The notes under the pieces: model-generated | Databases searched by the model: none | Told to the model about the DNA's origin: nothing | The model's input: only the letters and a program-made list of their open reading frames with translations | Shown here: positions 42,902 to 53,649 of the stretch, one piece after another | Numbering within the stretch: the stretch's first letter is position 1 | Layout of the letters: each line of letters opens with the position of its first letter | Position numbers and translations under genes: made by a program | Assembly (NCBI GenBank): GCA_963754945.1 | Contig: CAVWIG010000014.1 | Location: 37,648-101,647 of the forward strand | Source of the DNA: Methanotrichaceae archaeon | GTDB lineage: Archaea > Halobacteriota > Methanosarcinia > Methanotrichales > Methanotrichaceae | Direction: 5' to 3' | Length of the DNA stretch: 64,000 bases

Positions 42902-44077
42902 ATGCCGGAGAAGAAGGACTACTACGAAGTGCTTGGGGTACCCAAGGAGGCGGGTGAGAAGGACATCAAGAGCTCCTATCGCAAGCTCGCCATGAAGTAC
43001 CACCCCGACAAGTCGGATGCACCCGACGCAGAGGAGCGGTTCAAAGAGATATCAGAGGCGTACGCGGTCCTCTCCGATCCGGATAAGCGCCGGCAGTACG
43101 ACCAGTTCGGCCATGCCGGAATCAACAGCCAGTACTCCCAGGAAGACCTGTTCCGTGGAGTGAACTTCGAGGACATCTTCCGGGGTTTTGGTGGTGGAGA
43201 GTCCATCTTCGATATGTTCTTTGGGGGAGGACGGAGGCGTGGGCCATCACCGGGCAACGACCTTCGGTACGACCTCGATTTAACCCTTGAGCAAGCAGCG
43301 TCAGGCCTCGAGACCACCGTCGATGTTCCGAGGGCTGAGGTCTGTCCAACCTGTTCCGGTAGTGGATCCCGGCCGGGGACCAATCCTGTGAAGTGCGCTA
43401 GCTGCGGGGGTACAGGCCAGTTCACCCGGGCACAGAACACGCCCTTTGGCCAGATGATCTCCTCCAGTGCCTGTCCCAAGTGCGGTGGAAGAGGGCAGAT
43501 TGTTACCACTCCGTGCGAGGACTGCCGGGGAGCAGGGAGAGTTCACCGCAGGCGGAAGATAAACATAAAGATCCCCCAAGGAGTAGACTCCGGTCAGCAC
43601 CTCAAGCTCAGGGGACAGGGCGAAGCCGCCCCCGAACCTGGAGGCCAGGCGGGAGATCTCTACGTTTTCATAAACGTCCGGCCCCATCCCAGGTTCACCA
43701 GGTCGGACAGCGATCTAATGCTTGAATCGCCCATCAGCATAACCCAGGCTTCCCTCGGATCGGACATCGAGGTGCCAACTCTCAACGGCAAAGCAAGGAT
43801 TAAGGTACCCTCAGGTACCCAAACCGGATCTGTCTTCCGGCTGAAGGGAAAGGGCATGCCCAGGCTTCATGGATCTGGAACCGGTGACCTGCACGTCAGG
43901 GTAAACGTCAGAACGCCTCCGGCGCTCACGGCTCGCCAAAAGCAGCTTCTTGAAGAACTGGCGGCCGAGTTCGGTGAACCGAAGGCTGCAGAGAAAGGCG
44001 ACAAAAGGAAACCTGAAAAGGGCGAAAAGAGTTTTATCAATAAGATAGTGGACGAGGTGAAGGGCGCGGTTCAGTAG
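42902..44077 (+). CDS. dnaJ: Chaperone DnaJ
   Basis: HPD motif; four CxxCxGxG repeats. Confidence 0.98.
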   Translation: MPEKKDYYEVLGVPKEAGEKDIKSSYRKLAMKYHPDKSDAPDAEERFKEISEAYAVLSDPDKRRQYDQFGHAGINSQYSQEDLFRGVNFEDIFRGFGGGESIFDMFFGGGRRRGPSPGNDLRYDLDLTLEQAASGLETTVDVPRAEVCPTCSGSGSRPGTNPVKCASCGGTGQFTRAQNTPFGQMISSSACPKCGGRGQIVTTPCEDCRGAGRVHRRRKINIKIPQGVDSGQHLKLRGQGEAAPEPGGQAGDLYVFINVRPHPRFTRSDSDLMLESPISITQASLGSDIEVPTLNGKARIKVPSGTQTGSVFRLKGKGMPRLHGSGTGDLHVRVNVRTPPALTARQKQLLEELAAEFGEPKAAEKGDKRKPEKGEKSFINKIVDEVKGAVQ

Positions 44078-44086
44078 ATCCGCTCT

Positions 44087-47000
44087 TCAATTTGGTTGTA
44101 TTTTATTTCCAATTTCAGCTTCAAGCGCTGCCTTCACGCGCTCGAATTCGGTCTCTACCTGGGCGGCTTTTTCTACAGATCCCTCAAGGGCACCGCTTCG
44201 CCCCATGAATTCGAGCTCCTTAGAGATTGCCGACAGCTTCAATGCACCGACATAAGAGCTGCTTGACTTGAGGCTGTGCGCCGCCATCTCCAGTGCCTTG
44301 GCGTTTCCTTCTGACGCTGCTTTTTTTATCGTTGCAATCTTATGTGGAGCGTGTTTTAAGAACAGATCGCCTACCTCAGCTACGATGTCCGGCTCGCCCT
44401 CCTCCTGTAACTCTCGCAGGCTGGCCAGAACGGACCTGTCCAGGACTTCCTTAGAACCCTCTGCTAAATCAGTCATTACAGTACATCCCGTCAAACACCC
44501 TATCAAAAGCGTTTGAGCTGATGGGTTATTCCACTTCTGGCTTTTCATTCTTTTGCTTCGTAAATCCCCGCCACATGAGCTGAAAATTGTCGTCTGCAAG
44601 GCCCGGAACTTCATACGCGCGAAATATTCTTTTTCCTGATAGACGGATACTTGCACAAGGGCGCCGATCAGTTCTTCCATTCTCATAGGCTTGCTGATAT
44701 AGTCGTTCATGCCGGCATCAAGACATCTCTGCCGGTCCCCTTCCAGGGCATGGGCTGTTACCGCGATGATGTGCGGGCTCTCTTCACCAGGCCAGTGCTG
44801 CCTAATGAATTTTGAAGCTTCCAGGCCGTCCATCTCCGGCATCTGGATATCCATGAGGATTATTTCGTATGGCTGACGCTCCAGAGCCTGTAAGACCTCC
44901 AATCCATTGGCCGCTACGTCTGCCCTGATTCCGAGTTTATTGAGCATTCGCAGGGTTACCTTCTGGTTTACCTCGTTGTCCTCAGCCAGCAGAAGGCGCA
45001 GAGGACCAAGCTGATATGGTTGAAGGTGGTTCTGAAGAGGAAGCTCTCTAGCCTGGACCGGCTCTGCGATAGGCGCAGGATCTGCAAATATGCTGAAGAA
45101 AAAGGTGCTTCCCTTACCAGGCTCGGTCTCGACCCATATTCTTCCTCCCATCAGCTCTACGAGCTTTTTGCTTATGGCCAGCCCTAGGCCAGTTCCTCCG
45201 TACTTTCGAGTTGTAGACATGTCCACTTGGCTGAACGGTTGGAATAGTCGGGCAGTGAGGTCCTCGGGAATTCCTATGCCTGTGTCGCTTACTGAGAAGT
45301 TTAGCTTGAGGCGGTGATCTTGATGCTGGCTTGTAACTGAGATAGATATCTCGCCGGAGAACGTGAACTTGACTGCATTGCCAAGAAGGTTGACTAGAAC
45401 CTGGCGAAGTCTTGTAATGTCGCCAATCAGATTCTTAGGCACATCATCGTCTACAATATATGTTATGGTGAGGCCTTTCTTTGCAGCCTTAGACGCCAAA
45501 AGATCGATGGAGCCTTCGATGCAGCTTCGCAGATCGAAAGATTGGTGCTCCAGCTCCCTTTTTCCGTCTTCCATCTTGGAGAAGTCGAGGATGTTGTTGA
45601 TGACGGACATGAGAACTTCTCCACTGTTGCGAACTGTCTCAACCAAGTCGAGCTGATCAGGGTTGATAGGTGTATCCAGAAGAAGGCCGGTAATACCGAT
45701 AATCGCGTTGAGAGGTGTCCTGATCTCGTGGCTCATATTTGCTAAGAATTCCGACTTGGCCTTTATTGCAACTTCAGTTTTTTCTTTGGCCTGCTGCATG
45801 TCCTCCATAGCGTGCTTTTGCTCAGTGATGTCCCTAATTGACTCGATGGCGCCTGATATTTTTCCATCGAAGTCGTATAGGGCTGCTGCAGTACCAAAAA
45901 GATAAACTTCTCCGCCCCTCAGGTTGGGCATGTAGGCTTCGCCCGAAAGTGTGCCGTCTTCAGATCTCTTTGTAATGGCGTACGTATTTTCAAAACGCGG
46001 CTCGGGCCTGAGCACTAGATCTATAAGTATCGGCCTTCTCTCGCCGTAAAACGGCAGGGCGTATTCATAGTTGCCCTTGCCCAAGATCGCCTCTGCCCCG
46101 ATACCTGTAAGAGCCTCGATGGCACGGTTCCAGGCTATCACCTTACCATCTCTGTCAATCACAAAAGTGGGGTCGGACAGGAAGTTGATGATGTCCGTCA
46201 GGTGTCGCTCTGACTCTTTTAGAGCATTCTCGATCCTCTTGCGATTGCTGATATTCACTGCAACGTTGACTACTCCGGTTACCTTTTCATTTGCGTCTTT
46301 GATGGGGCTGCTGCGAGATAACCAGGTTTTGCCGTTCGGAGTGACGAGCTCGCCTTCCTGAGATTGGCCTGTCTGAAGGGCTTTAACTACCGTGCAACAC
46401 GGACACGGCTCATCGAGGCCTTGAATTAGCCCATAGCAATGCCTTCCCCTCAACTCATCCTCGGAAAGGCCGAGGAACTTTTGCACGGCGGTGTTCAACC
46501 AGATGATGCGCATCTGAGGGTCTAGGTATTGAACTGCCACGTTCTTCAAGCCGCTGAGAACGGCAGCCTTTTCCTGTTCAGACTTGCGCAGGGCTTCCTC
46601 AGCCTGCTTGCGTTTATTGATATCTGTTAATACCCCTCGAAGGCCAACGATGTTACTCTCCTTGTAGATAGGGCGGCTTGAGCCTTGCAACCATTTAACT
46701 TCCCCCGAACTTGTATAAGTCCTAAACTCTAAGGATTCAGCGCTGCCACCTAGAACCTTCTGAATACGTTCTACGACAACAGGAAGGTCCTCCTCAAAGA
46801 TGAAATCGCTGAAGCTCCTGCCCGTAATCTCTGAAGGGTCGTATCCGCCTAGATGTTTCACTGCAGGGCTAACATATGTGAACACACCTTTCTCGTCAAG
46901 GGAATAGATTATTTCGCTGATGTTCTCCACAAGGTCGCGGTATTTCTCCTCTGACCGGCGCAGCATGTCTTCTTTGAGCCTGTGGTCCGTGACATCTAAC

Positions 47001-47713
47001 ATCATTCCCACTATTCCTGCAACATCTTCAGAATCATTTGTCAAGGCCGCCTTTTTAAAGCAGAAATCTCGCCGGATCCCGTCAGAGCACTGCACCTGGG
47101 ACTCATACATCTGGATGCCACCCTCATTGATCAGTTTCCTATCTTCATTATAATATATATTTGCTAAATCTCGCGGAATAGCACATTCCAAGTCGTAAAT
47201 TGAACGGCCAACGATTTTTCCCTTGGGCATTCCGAGAATTTGCTCGGCAAATACTTTATTACAGCCCCGGTAGATACCATCTTTATCTTTATAAAAAACC
47301 GGGCTTGGGATGGTGTCGACTATAGTGTCCAGAAGACGCAAGTTAGCATGCAACGCCTCGTCTACCCGCTTGCTATCGGTTATGTCTTCGCAGCTGATCA
47401 GGTTCCCCCCATCTTGCTGCTGTACAGCAACGAACTTGATGGTCTTCTTAGTGTCATCTTTGCAGGTAACTGTGAAGGTCCTGGGCCTTTTTTCTCCAGG
47501 CTTGGAACCCTTCAGGTCATTAATCCAAGCTGATATCGTCTCGTGCCTGTAAACCGGGTCGGGATAGCCCTTTCTAAACCATTCTCTCCCGCAAGGAATG
47601 TCCGATAGATCGTAACCGAACATCTCTTTGAACTTAGGATTAATGTAGCTGAAAGTGCCGTCTTTGTCGATAAGGGCAATCCCGGGTCGTGGGTGAATAT
47701 TGCTGAAAATCAT
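44087..47713 (-). CDS. Hybrid sensor kinase PAS(n)-HisKA-HATPase-REC-Hpt; 5' end disrupted
   Basis: FLANMSHEIRTPLN, GGTGLGL, LAEDN...MDIQMP and AHSLKSSS motifs; probable true N-terminus in ORF 47788-48012. Confidence 0.88.
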   Translation of the reverse strand: MIFSNIHPRPGIALIDKDGTFSYINPKFKEMFGYDLSDIPCGREWFRKGYPDPVYRHETISAWINDLKGSKPGEKRPRTFTVTCKDDTKKTIKFVAVQQQDGGNLISCEDITDSKRVDEALHANLRLLDTIVDTIPSPVFYKDKDGIYRGCNKVFAEQILGMPKGKIVGRSIYDLECAIPRDLANIYYNEDRKLINEGGIQMYESQVQCSDGIRRDFCFKKAALTNDSEDVAGIVGMMLDVTDHRLKEDMLRRSEEKYRDLVENISEIIYSLDEKGVFTYVSPAVKHLGGYDPSEITGRSFSDFIFEEDLPVVVERIQKVLGGSAESLEFRTYTSSGEVKWLQGSSRPIYKESNIVGLRGVLTDINKRKQAEEALRKSEQEKAAVLSGLKNVAVQYLDPQMRIIWLNTAVQKFLGLSEDELRGRHCYGLIQGLDEPCPCCTVVKALQTGQSQEGELVTPNGKTWLSRSSPIKDANEKVTGVVNVAVNISNRKRIENALKESERHLTDIINFLSDPTFVIDRDGKVIAWNRAIEALTGIGAEAILGKGNYEYALPFYGERRPILIDLVLRPEPRFENTYAITKRSEDGTLSGEAYMPNLRGGEVYLFGTAAALYDFDGKISGAIESIRDITEQKHAMEDMQQAKEKTEVAIKAKSEFLANMSHEIRTPLNAIIGITGLLLDTPINPDQLDLVETVRNSGEVLMSVINNILDFSKMEDGKRELEHQSFDLRSCIEGSIDLLASKAAKKGLTITYIVDDDVPKNLIGDITRLRQVLVNLLGNAVKFTFSGEISISVTSQHQDHRLKLNFSVSDTGIGIPEDLTARLFQPFSQVDMSTTRKYGGTGLGLAISKKLVELMGGRIWVETEPGKGSTFFFSIFADPAPIAEPVQARELPLQNHLQPYQLGPLRLLLAEDNEVNQKVTLRMLNKLGIRADVAANGLEVLQALERQPYEIILMDIQMPEMDGLEASKFIRQHWPGEESPHIIAVTAHALEGDRQRCLDAGMNDYISKPMRMEELIGALVQVSVYQEKEYFARMKFRALQTTIFSSCGGDLRSKRMKSQKWNNPSAQTLLIGCLTGCTVMTDLAEGSKEVLDRSVLASLRELQEEGEPDIVAEVGDLFLKHAPHKIATIKKAASEGNAKALEMAAHSLKSSSSYVGALKLSAISKELEFMGRSGALEGSVEKAAQVETEFERVKAALEAEIGNKIQPN

Positions 47714-47787
47714 TGCCCAAATCAGGTGCTAAGGGTCGATTTCCCGGTAAATATCCATTTGGACACTTGTTAGCGCTTTTCAGTAGC

Positions 47788-48012
47788 TCACATACACGAC
47801 CCAATCCCGAAAGGGGCATTTTCTTCAAAGGTCCACTGGTTTTGCTCTTCATTATGCAGATCCTCAAGGCAGTTCCTGAGATCATTTAGGATTGGTTCTA
47901 TCTGATTTGACTCCGGATTACCAGCTAATCGTTGTTGGAGGTCGTCTATCCTCGACCGAAGCTCTTCAAGCTTATCTTCAAAGTCGCTTCCATTCATGGA
48001 GACCGCTGCCAT
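47788..48012 (-). pseudogene. Detached coiled-coil N-terminus of the downstream hybrid kinase
   Basis: LEELRSRIDDLQQRL...FEENAPFG resembles a PAS-kinase start; stop and frameshift separate it from 47713. Confidence 0.5.
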
Positions 48013-48113
48013 GGATACAATATTCTTTCACATTGATATCCATTTCGATGTTTTTAATATCGTCAGAAAAATGAGCTATTGAGTATCAAACAAGAAAAAG
48101 AAATGCTGACATT

Positions 48114-48407
48114 TTACTTATTTTTGTAGGTCTCCAGTTTGGATTTCATAGAGATCTCCTTGTCCAAGCGGTAGTCGATGTTGATGGTTGTGAGGATCCT
48201 CTGAACACCTCTCTCTGCCAGCACTTGATTGGATTGCTCTACGACATCAAATAGATCGTCAAGATAATCCACTTCAAGAGCTGTGGACATGGGGCCAGGC
48301 ATGTATTTTATCCCTTCTTCATCCAGAATATCGTGGACGGCTTTAACGTGCTGACTCATGCTGGTGCCCGTGCCCACGGGTACTATCCGGATATCTGCTA
48401 CTATCAT
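48114..48407 (-). CDS. MTH1187/YkoF-like thiamine-binding protein
   Basis: IVPVGTGTSMS..V...GPMSTALE...ID.R.DK. Confidence 0.85.
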   Translation of the reverse strand: MIVADIRIVPVGTGTSMSQHVKAVHDILDEEGIKYMPGPMSTALEVDYLDDLFDVVEQSNQVLAERGVQRILTTINIDYRLDKEISMKSKLETYKNK

Positions 48408-48528
48408 GAATCTGACAATGGTCATTCGAAAGTATAGAAGACTTTTGAAACTGCTTTTCTATCCATCTTTACATTTTATCTATACTTATTATATTTATTT
48501 ATATTTGCGTTTTTGTCTTTATCTTCTT

Positions 48529-49179
48529 TTACCTATAATTCCGAATATCCGATTCTATGCGTTTCAATGATGCAATTGGGTCTTCTGATGATGTTACTGA
48601 CCTGCCAATAATCAAGTAGTCCGCACCAGCTTCCAGGGCAGCTCCTGCAGATCCGCCCTGGACGCCCACTCCGGGTGATATGATGATCTTGTCGCCCACG
48701 ATTGACCTGATCAGCCTGATCCTCTCTGGCCTCGTAGCTGGAGCCACCACTCCATCTGCTCCGGCATCGACGGCCAGCCTGGCCAGCTTCTCCGCCAGGG
48801 GAGCCATGAACTCCTCCGCTCCAGGGTGGCTCATCTCAGTGACGGCGAAGACTTTTGCATCGTAGCAGGCTGCAGAGTCCACACATGCCCTCAGGGAATC
48901 GCTGCCCGGAAAGGCATGGGCTATGAGGCCCTCTGCGCCCGCTCCAAGCGTAGCTTCACAGATCAGCCTGTTTGTGTTCGGTATATCGGCGATCTTCAGG
49001 TCGGCTATGACAGGCGCATAGGCCGATATCTCCCTCACAATTTCCAGACCAGTGGCTAGAATCAAAGGATAGCCGACCTTAATGGCATCAAAATAGTTTT
49101 CCAGCGATTTGACTAGAGACAGTGCCCTTTCTCTGGAAGTGACATCAAGAGCCAGGATCAGTCGAGTATCCTTTTCCAT
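48529..49179 (-). CDS. pyrF: Orotidine-5'-phosphate decarboxylase
   Basis: LILALD, DLKIADIPNT, SPGVG.QGG and IGRS motifs. Confidence 0.96.
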   Translation of the reverse strand: MEKDTRLILALDVTSRERALSLVKSLENYFDAIKVGYPLILATGLEIVREISAYAPVIADLKIADIPNTNRLICEATLGAGAEGLIAHAFPGSDSLRACVDSAACYDAKVFAVTEMSHPGAEEFMAPLAEKLARLAVDAGADGVVAPATRPERIRLIRSIVGDKIIISPGVGVQGGSAGAALEAGADYLIIGRSVTSSEDPIASLKRIESDIRNYR

Positions 49180-49245
49180 GAAAAGAGCAATAGCTCGATT
49201 ATATTTATCCTTTTCATGAAGCAGCAAAAAGGTTCAGTAGTGATT

Positions 49246-49884
49246 TCAGGCAAAGCTGTCTATCTGCTCGACAGCCTCTCGAAGGTCGCCAACTACCTCG
49301 CTGCCACTCCTTATCCCTTTGCGGTCAAGGAAAAGAGCATCCAAACCCGCTTCCAGCGGAGATTCGTAATCGTAGCTGTAGTGATCCCCAATGTGCATGA
49401 CCTCCAAGGGTTTGGCTTTTAGCTGTCTGCAGACCGCACCATAGACCAGGGGCGACTTTTTGACCTCTCGGAAGTCGCTGGTGGCAGAGAATGTCTCGGA
49501 AAAGTAGTCTGCTAGGCCGTCCAGCTCCATCTCGATGAACTCTCTGGCAGCGTTAGATGTGACAACTAGCTCGTAGTTCTCGGAGAGGCGGTCCAGGGCT
49601 TCAGTGACCTCTGGATAGGGCTCAATATGGTCCTCGAACCTCTCCAGAATGCTCCCTGGGCTGGATTTTAGCTCGAACTTGTCCAGCCAGTACTGCAGGT
49701 TGTACCACTCCAGTTTATCGCTGCCTATCTTCATGTACTCGCCGACAACTAACTCCTTTGCCGCCTCGAAATCCAACCCGTGTTTCTCCGCGTACAGCTC
49801 GGGCATTCCTTGCATCCATACCAGGTCCACGAACCTGGAGTTGACCAGGGTTCCATCCATGTCCAGGGATACGAAACGAATCAT
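49246..49884 (-). CDS. HAD-superfamily hydrolase
   Basis: DMDGTL, TSN, K and GDH..YD motifs. Confidence 0.9.
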   Translation of the reverse strand: MIRFVSLDMDGTLVNSRFVDLVWMQGMPELYAEKHGLDFEAAKELVVGEYMKIGSDKLEWYNLQYWLDKFELKSSPGSILERFEDHIEPYPEVTEALDRLSENYELVVTSNAAREFIEMELDGLADYFSETFSATSDFREVKKSPLVYGAVCRQLKAKPLEVMHIGDHYSYDYESPLEAGLDALFLDRKGIRSGSEVVGDLREAVEQIDSFA

Positions 49885-50416
49885 CTAATTCTCCGGTTGA
49901 TGAGATCTAAGTCAGCCTATGGGTTATTATGCTTTTTGGGACGAAAGAGGCAGAACAGAATCGTTTCATTCCGATGCTCTCGCGAGTGTGAGAATTAAAT
50001 GATCTCGATTTTTTAACGGCAGATACAAAATGTATATTCATTGAGATACAAAATTTATATTCATTGAAGTCGAGTACACTGCATGCTGTAAGTATGAACA
50101 GCATGCCTGATCTGGCAATCTTTGGTCATGATGGGATCTGTGCTTTTGTAAGCGCTAAGAGAATATCTGTTTATCGGGCTTTTGGGCTCGGTTCAGAATT
50201 ATTTCCGATTCAGTGCGCTTGATCATTATCTCCTGACGTACGGGCTAGACCTTGGGCATAAAAACCATCTACATCTGGCGACCGGAGCCGAAATACGGCA
50301 AGACGATAGTCAGGACGGATGAGTACGAGAAGGGCTTATCTCCACTATCTTCCACGACCAGATGTAGACGTTGCTGGAGAAATAGATGGATGCTGGGCTT
50401 CGTACCTGAGCCGGAG

Positions 50417-50580
50417 TAGCCTCGGGGGATATCTGCTGCAGCGCCTTTCGAAAACAACTACCTATTCCTCGGCCTATGCAAGGGCGGCTTCGACTTTGAA
50501 GACACCTGAGTTAAGTCTTCCTCCAAGATTGCCTTCATCTCTGGTGTTCCATATCTGAAATCAATGGGGTGAATAGCTAT
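50417..50580 (-). pseudogene. purB: Adenylosuccinate lyase 5' relic, copy 1
   Basis: (I)AIHPIDFRYGTPEMKAILEE...KVEAALA; start mutated to ATA; frameshifts. Confidence 0.8.
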
Positions 50581-50952
50581 GAGCGAGAGGATTGCCAAAG
50601 GGATTGATGGAACTTTGGGCAGGGAGAGGATGGCAACCTTTGCGCGATCGGGGCTATAGCGAATATCGCGAATTATGTGCTGAGAAAGGACATAAAAAAG
50701 CGCAGCTTCTTTCGCGAAACCCAGGATATAACATGCATTACTAGCAAGCTTTAGAGATTTTTTTTGCGTGTAGTTGATGGATAATTGTTCCACAACGACG
50801 GCTACGTGCGGAGGATGAGACTTGCATGGTTGATGCATTAGATTAAGAATTGGACAAAATAATTCGTCTATCTACTTGAGGAAGTGATAGACAATAATCG
50901 TGTGTAGCTTGGTTACAAACTCTCGATAAGTATTTCCTAACTAAAAGCCCTG

Positions 50953-52705
50953 ATGATGTGCATGTCGATCCGGAGAAAGACCCTGCTCATAATTTCCACT
51001 ACTACACTATTTCTCGTTTTGCTTCTCTATGGAACCTCAGAAACCTTCTTGCTTGGCAACTTTGCAAATCTTGAAGAGCATATGGTTCTCCAAAATGTCG
51101 ATCGTGTCCAGTTGGCTCTATCATCCGACATCGACCAACTGAACTCAACAGTAAGCGACTGGGCTCCGTGGGATGATACATATAACTTCATAATGGATCG
51201 AGACCAAAATTATATTGATAGGAACCTTGATGTTGAAACCTTATCTAATCTTAGGCTCAATCTAATATTGTTCATCGACCCCTCAGGTCAATTAGTCTTC
51301 GCCAAGGCCATAGATTTTCAGGCCAAAAGTGAACTGCCAATTTCGCAAAATTTGCTGAATAACCTCTTTTCTAAGGGAAATCTGGTCTGCCACAATGAAT
51401 CAGACAGGTTCAAAGGCATTGTCCTCCTTCCGGAAGGCCCCATTCTTATTTCCTCACAGCCAATCTTGACCAGCACGTGGAAAGGACCTGTTAGGGGGAC
51501 GCTCATTATGGGACGCTACCTCGAATCAGACTTAGAGCGTCTGAGTGAACTGACACAACTGCCTCTCGTTAGCCGTAGAATTGATGATGTAAAGATGTCA
51601 TCTGACTTTGCTGCTGCGAAGTCTTCTCTTTCGAAAAAAAGACCTGTTCTAATTAAGCCATTATCGGAAAATTCAATTGCCGGATACACTCTTATACAGG
51701 ACGTTTACGGGAATCCAGCTCTCATTTTAAGAGCTGATATGCCCAGAGATATCTATCAGCAAGGTCGGACCACGAGTTATTATCACTTTTTATTTATTTT
51801 ATTAAATGGAATGATCTTTGCGGCTGTGACCCTCATTTTGTTGGATAGAACAGTTCTCTCCAGGATCGGTCAGCTTAGCTCCAATGTTCGCAACATTGGC
51901 TTGAGCGGAGATGTTTCGACGCGAGTTCAGGTTTCGGGGAAAGACGAGCTGTCGAGCCTCGCAGGCATGATCAACGATATGCTTGACAAGATCGACAAGT
52001 CTGAAGGAAAATTACGGAGAAGCGAACGGATGGCTACCATAGGCAAGACGGCAGTGATGGTAGGTCATGATCTGCGTAACCCCTTGCAGACCATAGTGGT
52101 TACCACTTACCTGGCTAAGGCAAAAATAGACAACCTATCCACTCAGGAACGGATGAACTTGGAGAACCAAGGCATTCTGGAAGACCTCAGGACTATCGAT
52201 AAACAGTCGAATTACATGAACAAAATAGTCTCCGACTTGCAGGACTACGCACGACCCCTTTAGCCCGGAGATCATGGACATTGAGCTTCATCCATTCGTA
52301 AAGCATGTTCTTGCAGAAGTGAGAATTCCAGAAGACGTAGAGGTTCAAACGGAAATCGAAGGCGGATTGACCTGGAAGGTTGACCCAACTATGATGGAGC
52401 GAGTCCTGATAAACATTGTAACCAATGCCGTCCAAGCAATGCCCAATGGCGGCAAGCTGGTCATATCCGGGGCTAGTTCGAAGGAAGATACGATACTAAA
52501 TGTCGTGGACACGGGTGAAGGCATACATCCTGAGCATATCTCCAAGATCTACGATCCACTCTTTACCACCAAGTCCAAGGGCATGGGCATGGGTCTGGTG
52601 GTTAGCAAGAGACTGGTGGAAAGCCAGGGAGGGAGTCTCAACATAAGTAGCGTGATGGGCAAAGGTACAGTCGTTGTTGTGAGGATGCCTAGCAGAAAAA
52701 CTTGA
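50953..52705 (+). pseudogene. CHASE4-HAMP sensor histidine kinase, frameshifted at ~52261
   Basis: DWAPWDDTY (CHASE4), HAMP DELSSLA, GHDLRNPL; HATPase in ORF 52274-52705; one extra T in CCCCTTTAGC. Confidence 0.85.
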
Positions 52706-52812
52706 ATATTTTGACGTATGAACTGGTCTGATCGATGAGTCACTCGCCTAAAATAAAGGTCTGAGTATGTTGATCGCATCTACCCGATTCCACAGTTCAT
52801 TTTATCGTAATA

Positions 52813-52939
52813 CCCCACAGCTCTGCTGTGGGGATGAAGTGCATAATCCAGCTTGGGAACTGATCAGCTAATATGTTTCCGTCTTCATGCGGCGGCGCCT
52901 CGCATGCCCCGTCAGCTCTGCTGCGGGGTGCGCCGCCGC
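52813..52939. repeat. Twin GC-rich hairpins sharing a CAGCTCTGCTG core (IS200/IS605-end- or REP-like mini-element)
   Basis: CCCCACAGC-TCT-GCTGTGGGG (52813-52833) and GCCCCGTCAGC-TCT-GCTGCGGGG nested in a 10-bp GCGGCGGCGC/GCGCCGCCGC stem. Confidence 0.65.
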
Positions 52940-53054
52940 TCGTTTGACTTTGAAGGGAGCATTTCTCGACCTTCGAGAGATGCTTAAGTTGCATTCAACC
53001 CTGCCCGTCCCTGGCGGCCACGATAGTGCAAGTTATTGAGAAAAATTATGTGAA

Positions 53055-53510
53055 TTATGCCCATCGATCCATATTTTGCCCATCTTGCGCTCTTAATCTC
53101 AGCAGATAATCCACCGTATCCTCGTACAACATATCCCCAGCTTCTTGTTCTGCTAGTTTGTTAGCGATAAACTCTAGCAGTTTGCCTGGCATCACCGGCT
53201 TTTTCAGATATCCATCAGCTCCAAGGTTCAGAGAATCAATCGCATATTCCTCAGTGGAATAACCCGTGATCACTATCTTTTTCATCTTCAGTCCAAGCTG
53301 CTGAAAAGCCAAAAGCAGCTCAGTCCCCTCCATATCCGGAAGCCTGATGTCTATCAACGCCAGGTTGTAAAAGCCATCGCATACCCTCATCATGGCCTCT
53401 CTGCCATTTTTCGCTGTGTCCACCCTGAACCCATTCATCTCCAGGAGAGACTTGAGGCTTGCGAGAATGGCAATATCATCATCAATTATCAGTACGCATT
53501 TCTTATCCAT
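53055..53510 (-). CDS. Stand-alone response regulator receiver protein
   Basis: LIIDDD, IDIRLPD, ITG and KKP motifs. Confidence 0.92.
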   Translation of the reverse strand: MDKKCVLIIDDDIAILASLKSLLEMNGFRVDTAKNGREAMMRVCDGFYNLALIDIRLPDMEGTELLLAFQQLGLKMKKIVITGYSTEEYAIDSLNLGADGYLKKPVMPGKLLEFIANKLAEQEAGDMLYEDTVDYLLRLRAQDGQNMDRWA

Positions 53511-53649
53511 TTTAGCACACCTTATCTGTATCTAAGTGGTCGCTGTAGTTCGTATAGTTATATGAACAAATGCCAATATAAATTTTTGCATGTTATTATT
53601 TTGAAGACCTCCAGCTCTGTTGCGTGATGCGTCGCTGCAGTTTGACTTC

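Noticed and set aside
40967-43857. Long antisense ORFs over dnaK/dnaJ (and similar over eno, thermosome and the kinases)
   Set aside because: Shadow frames of GC-rich, codon-biased genes; no RBS or motifs.
50100-50410. Coding-like fragment next to purB relic 1
   Set aside because: Stops and frameshifts, and no family recognised; cannot support a call.
52258-52276. TAG between kinase halves as possible pyrrolysine read-through
   Set aside because: The downstream half is in a different frame; one extra T explains it, so this is not an in-frame amber codon.
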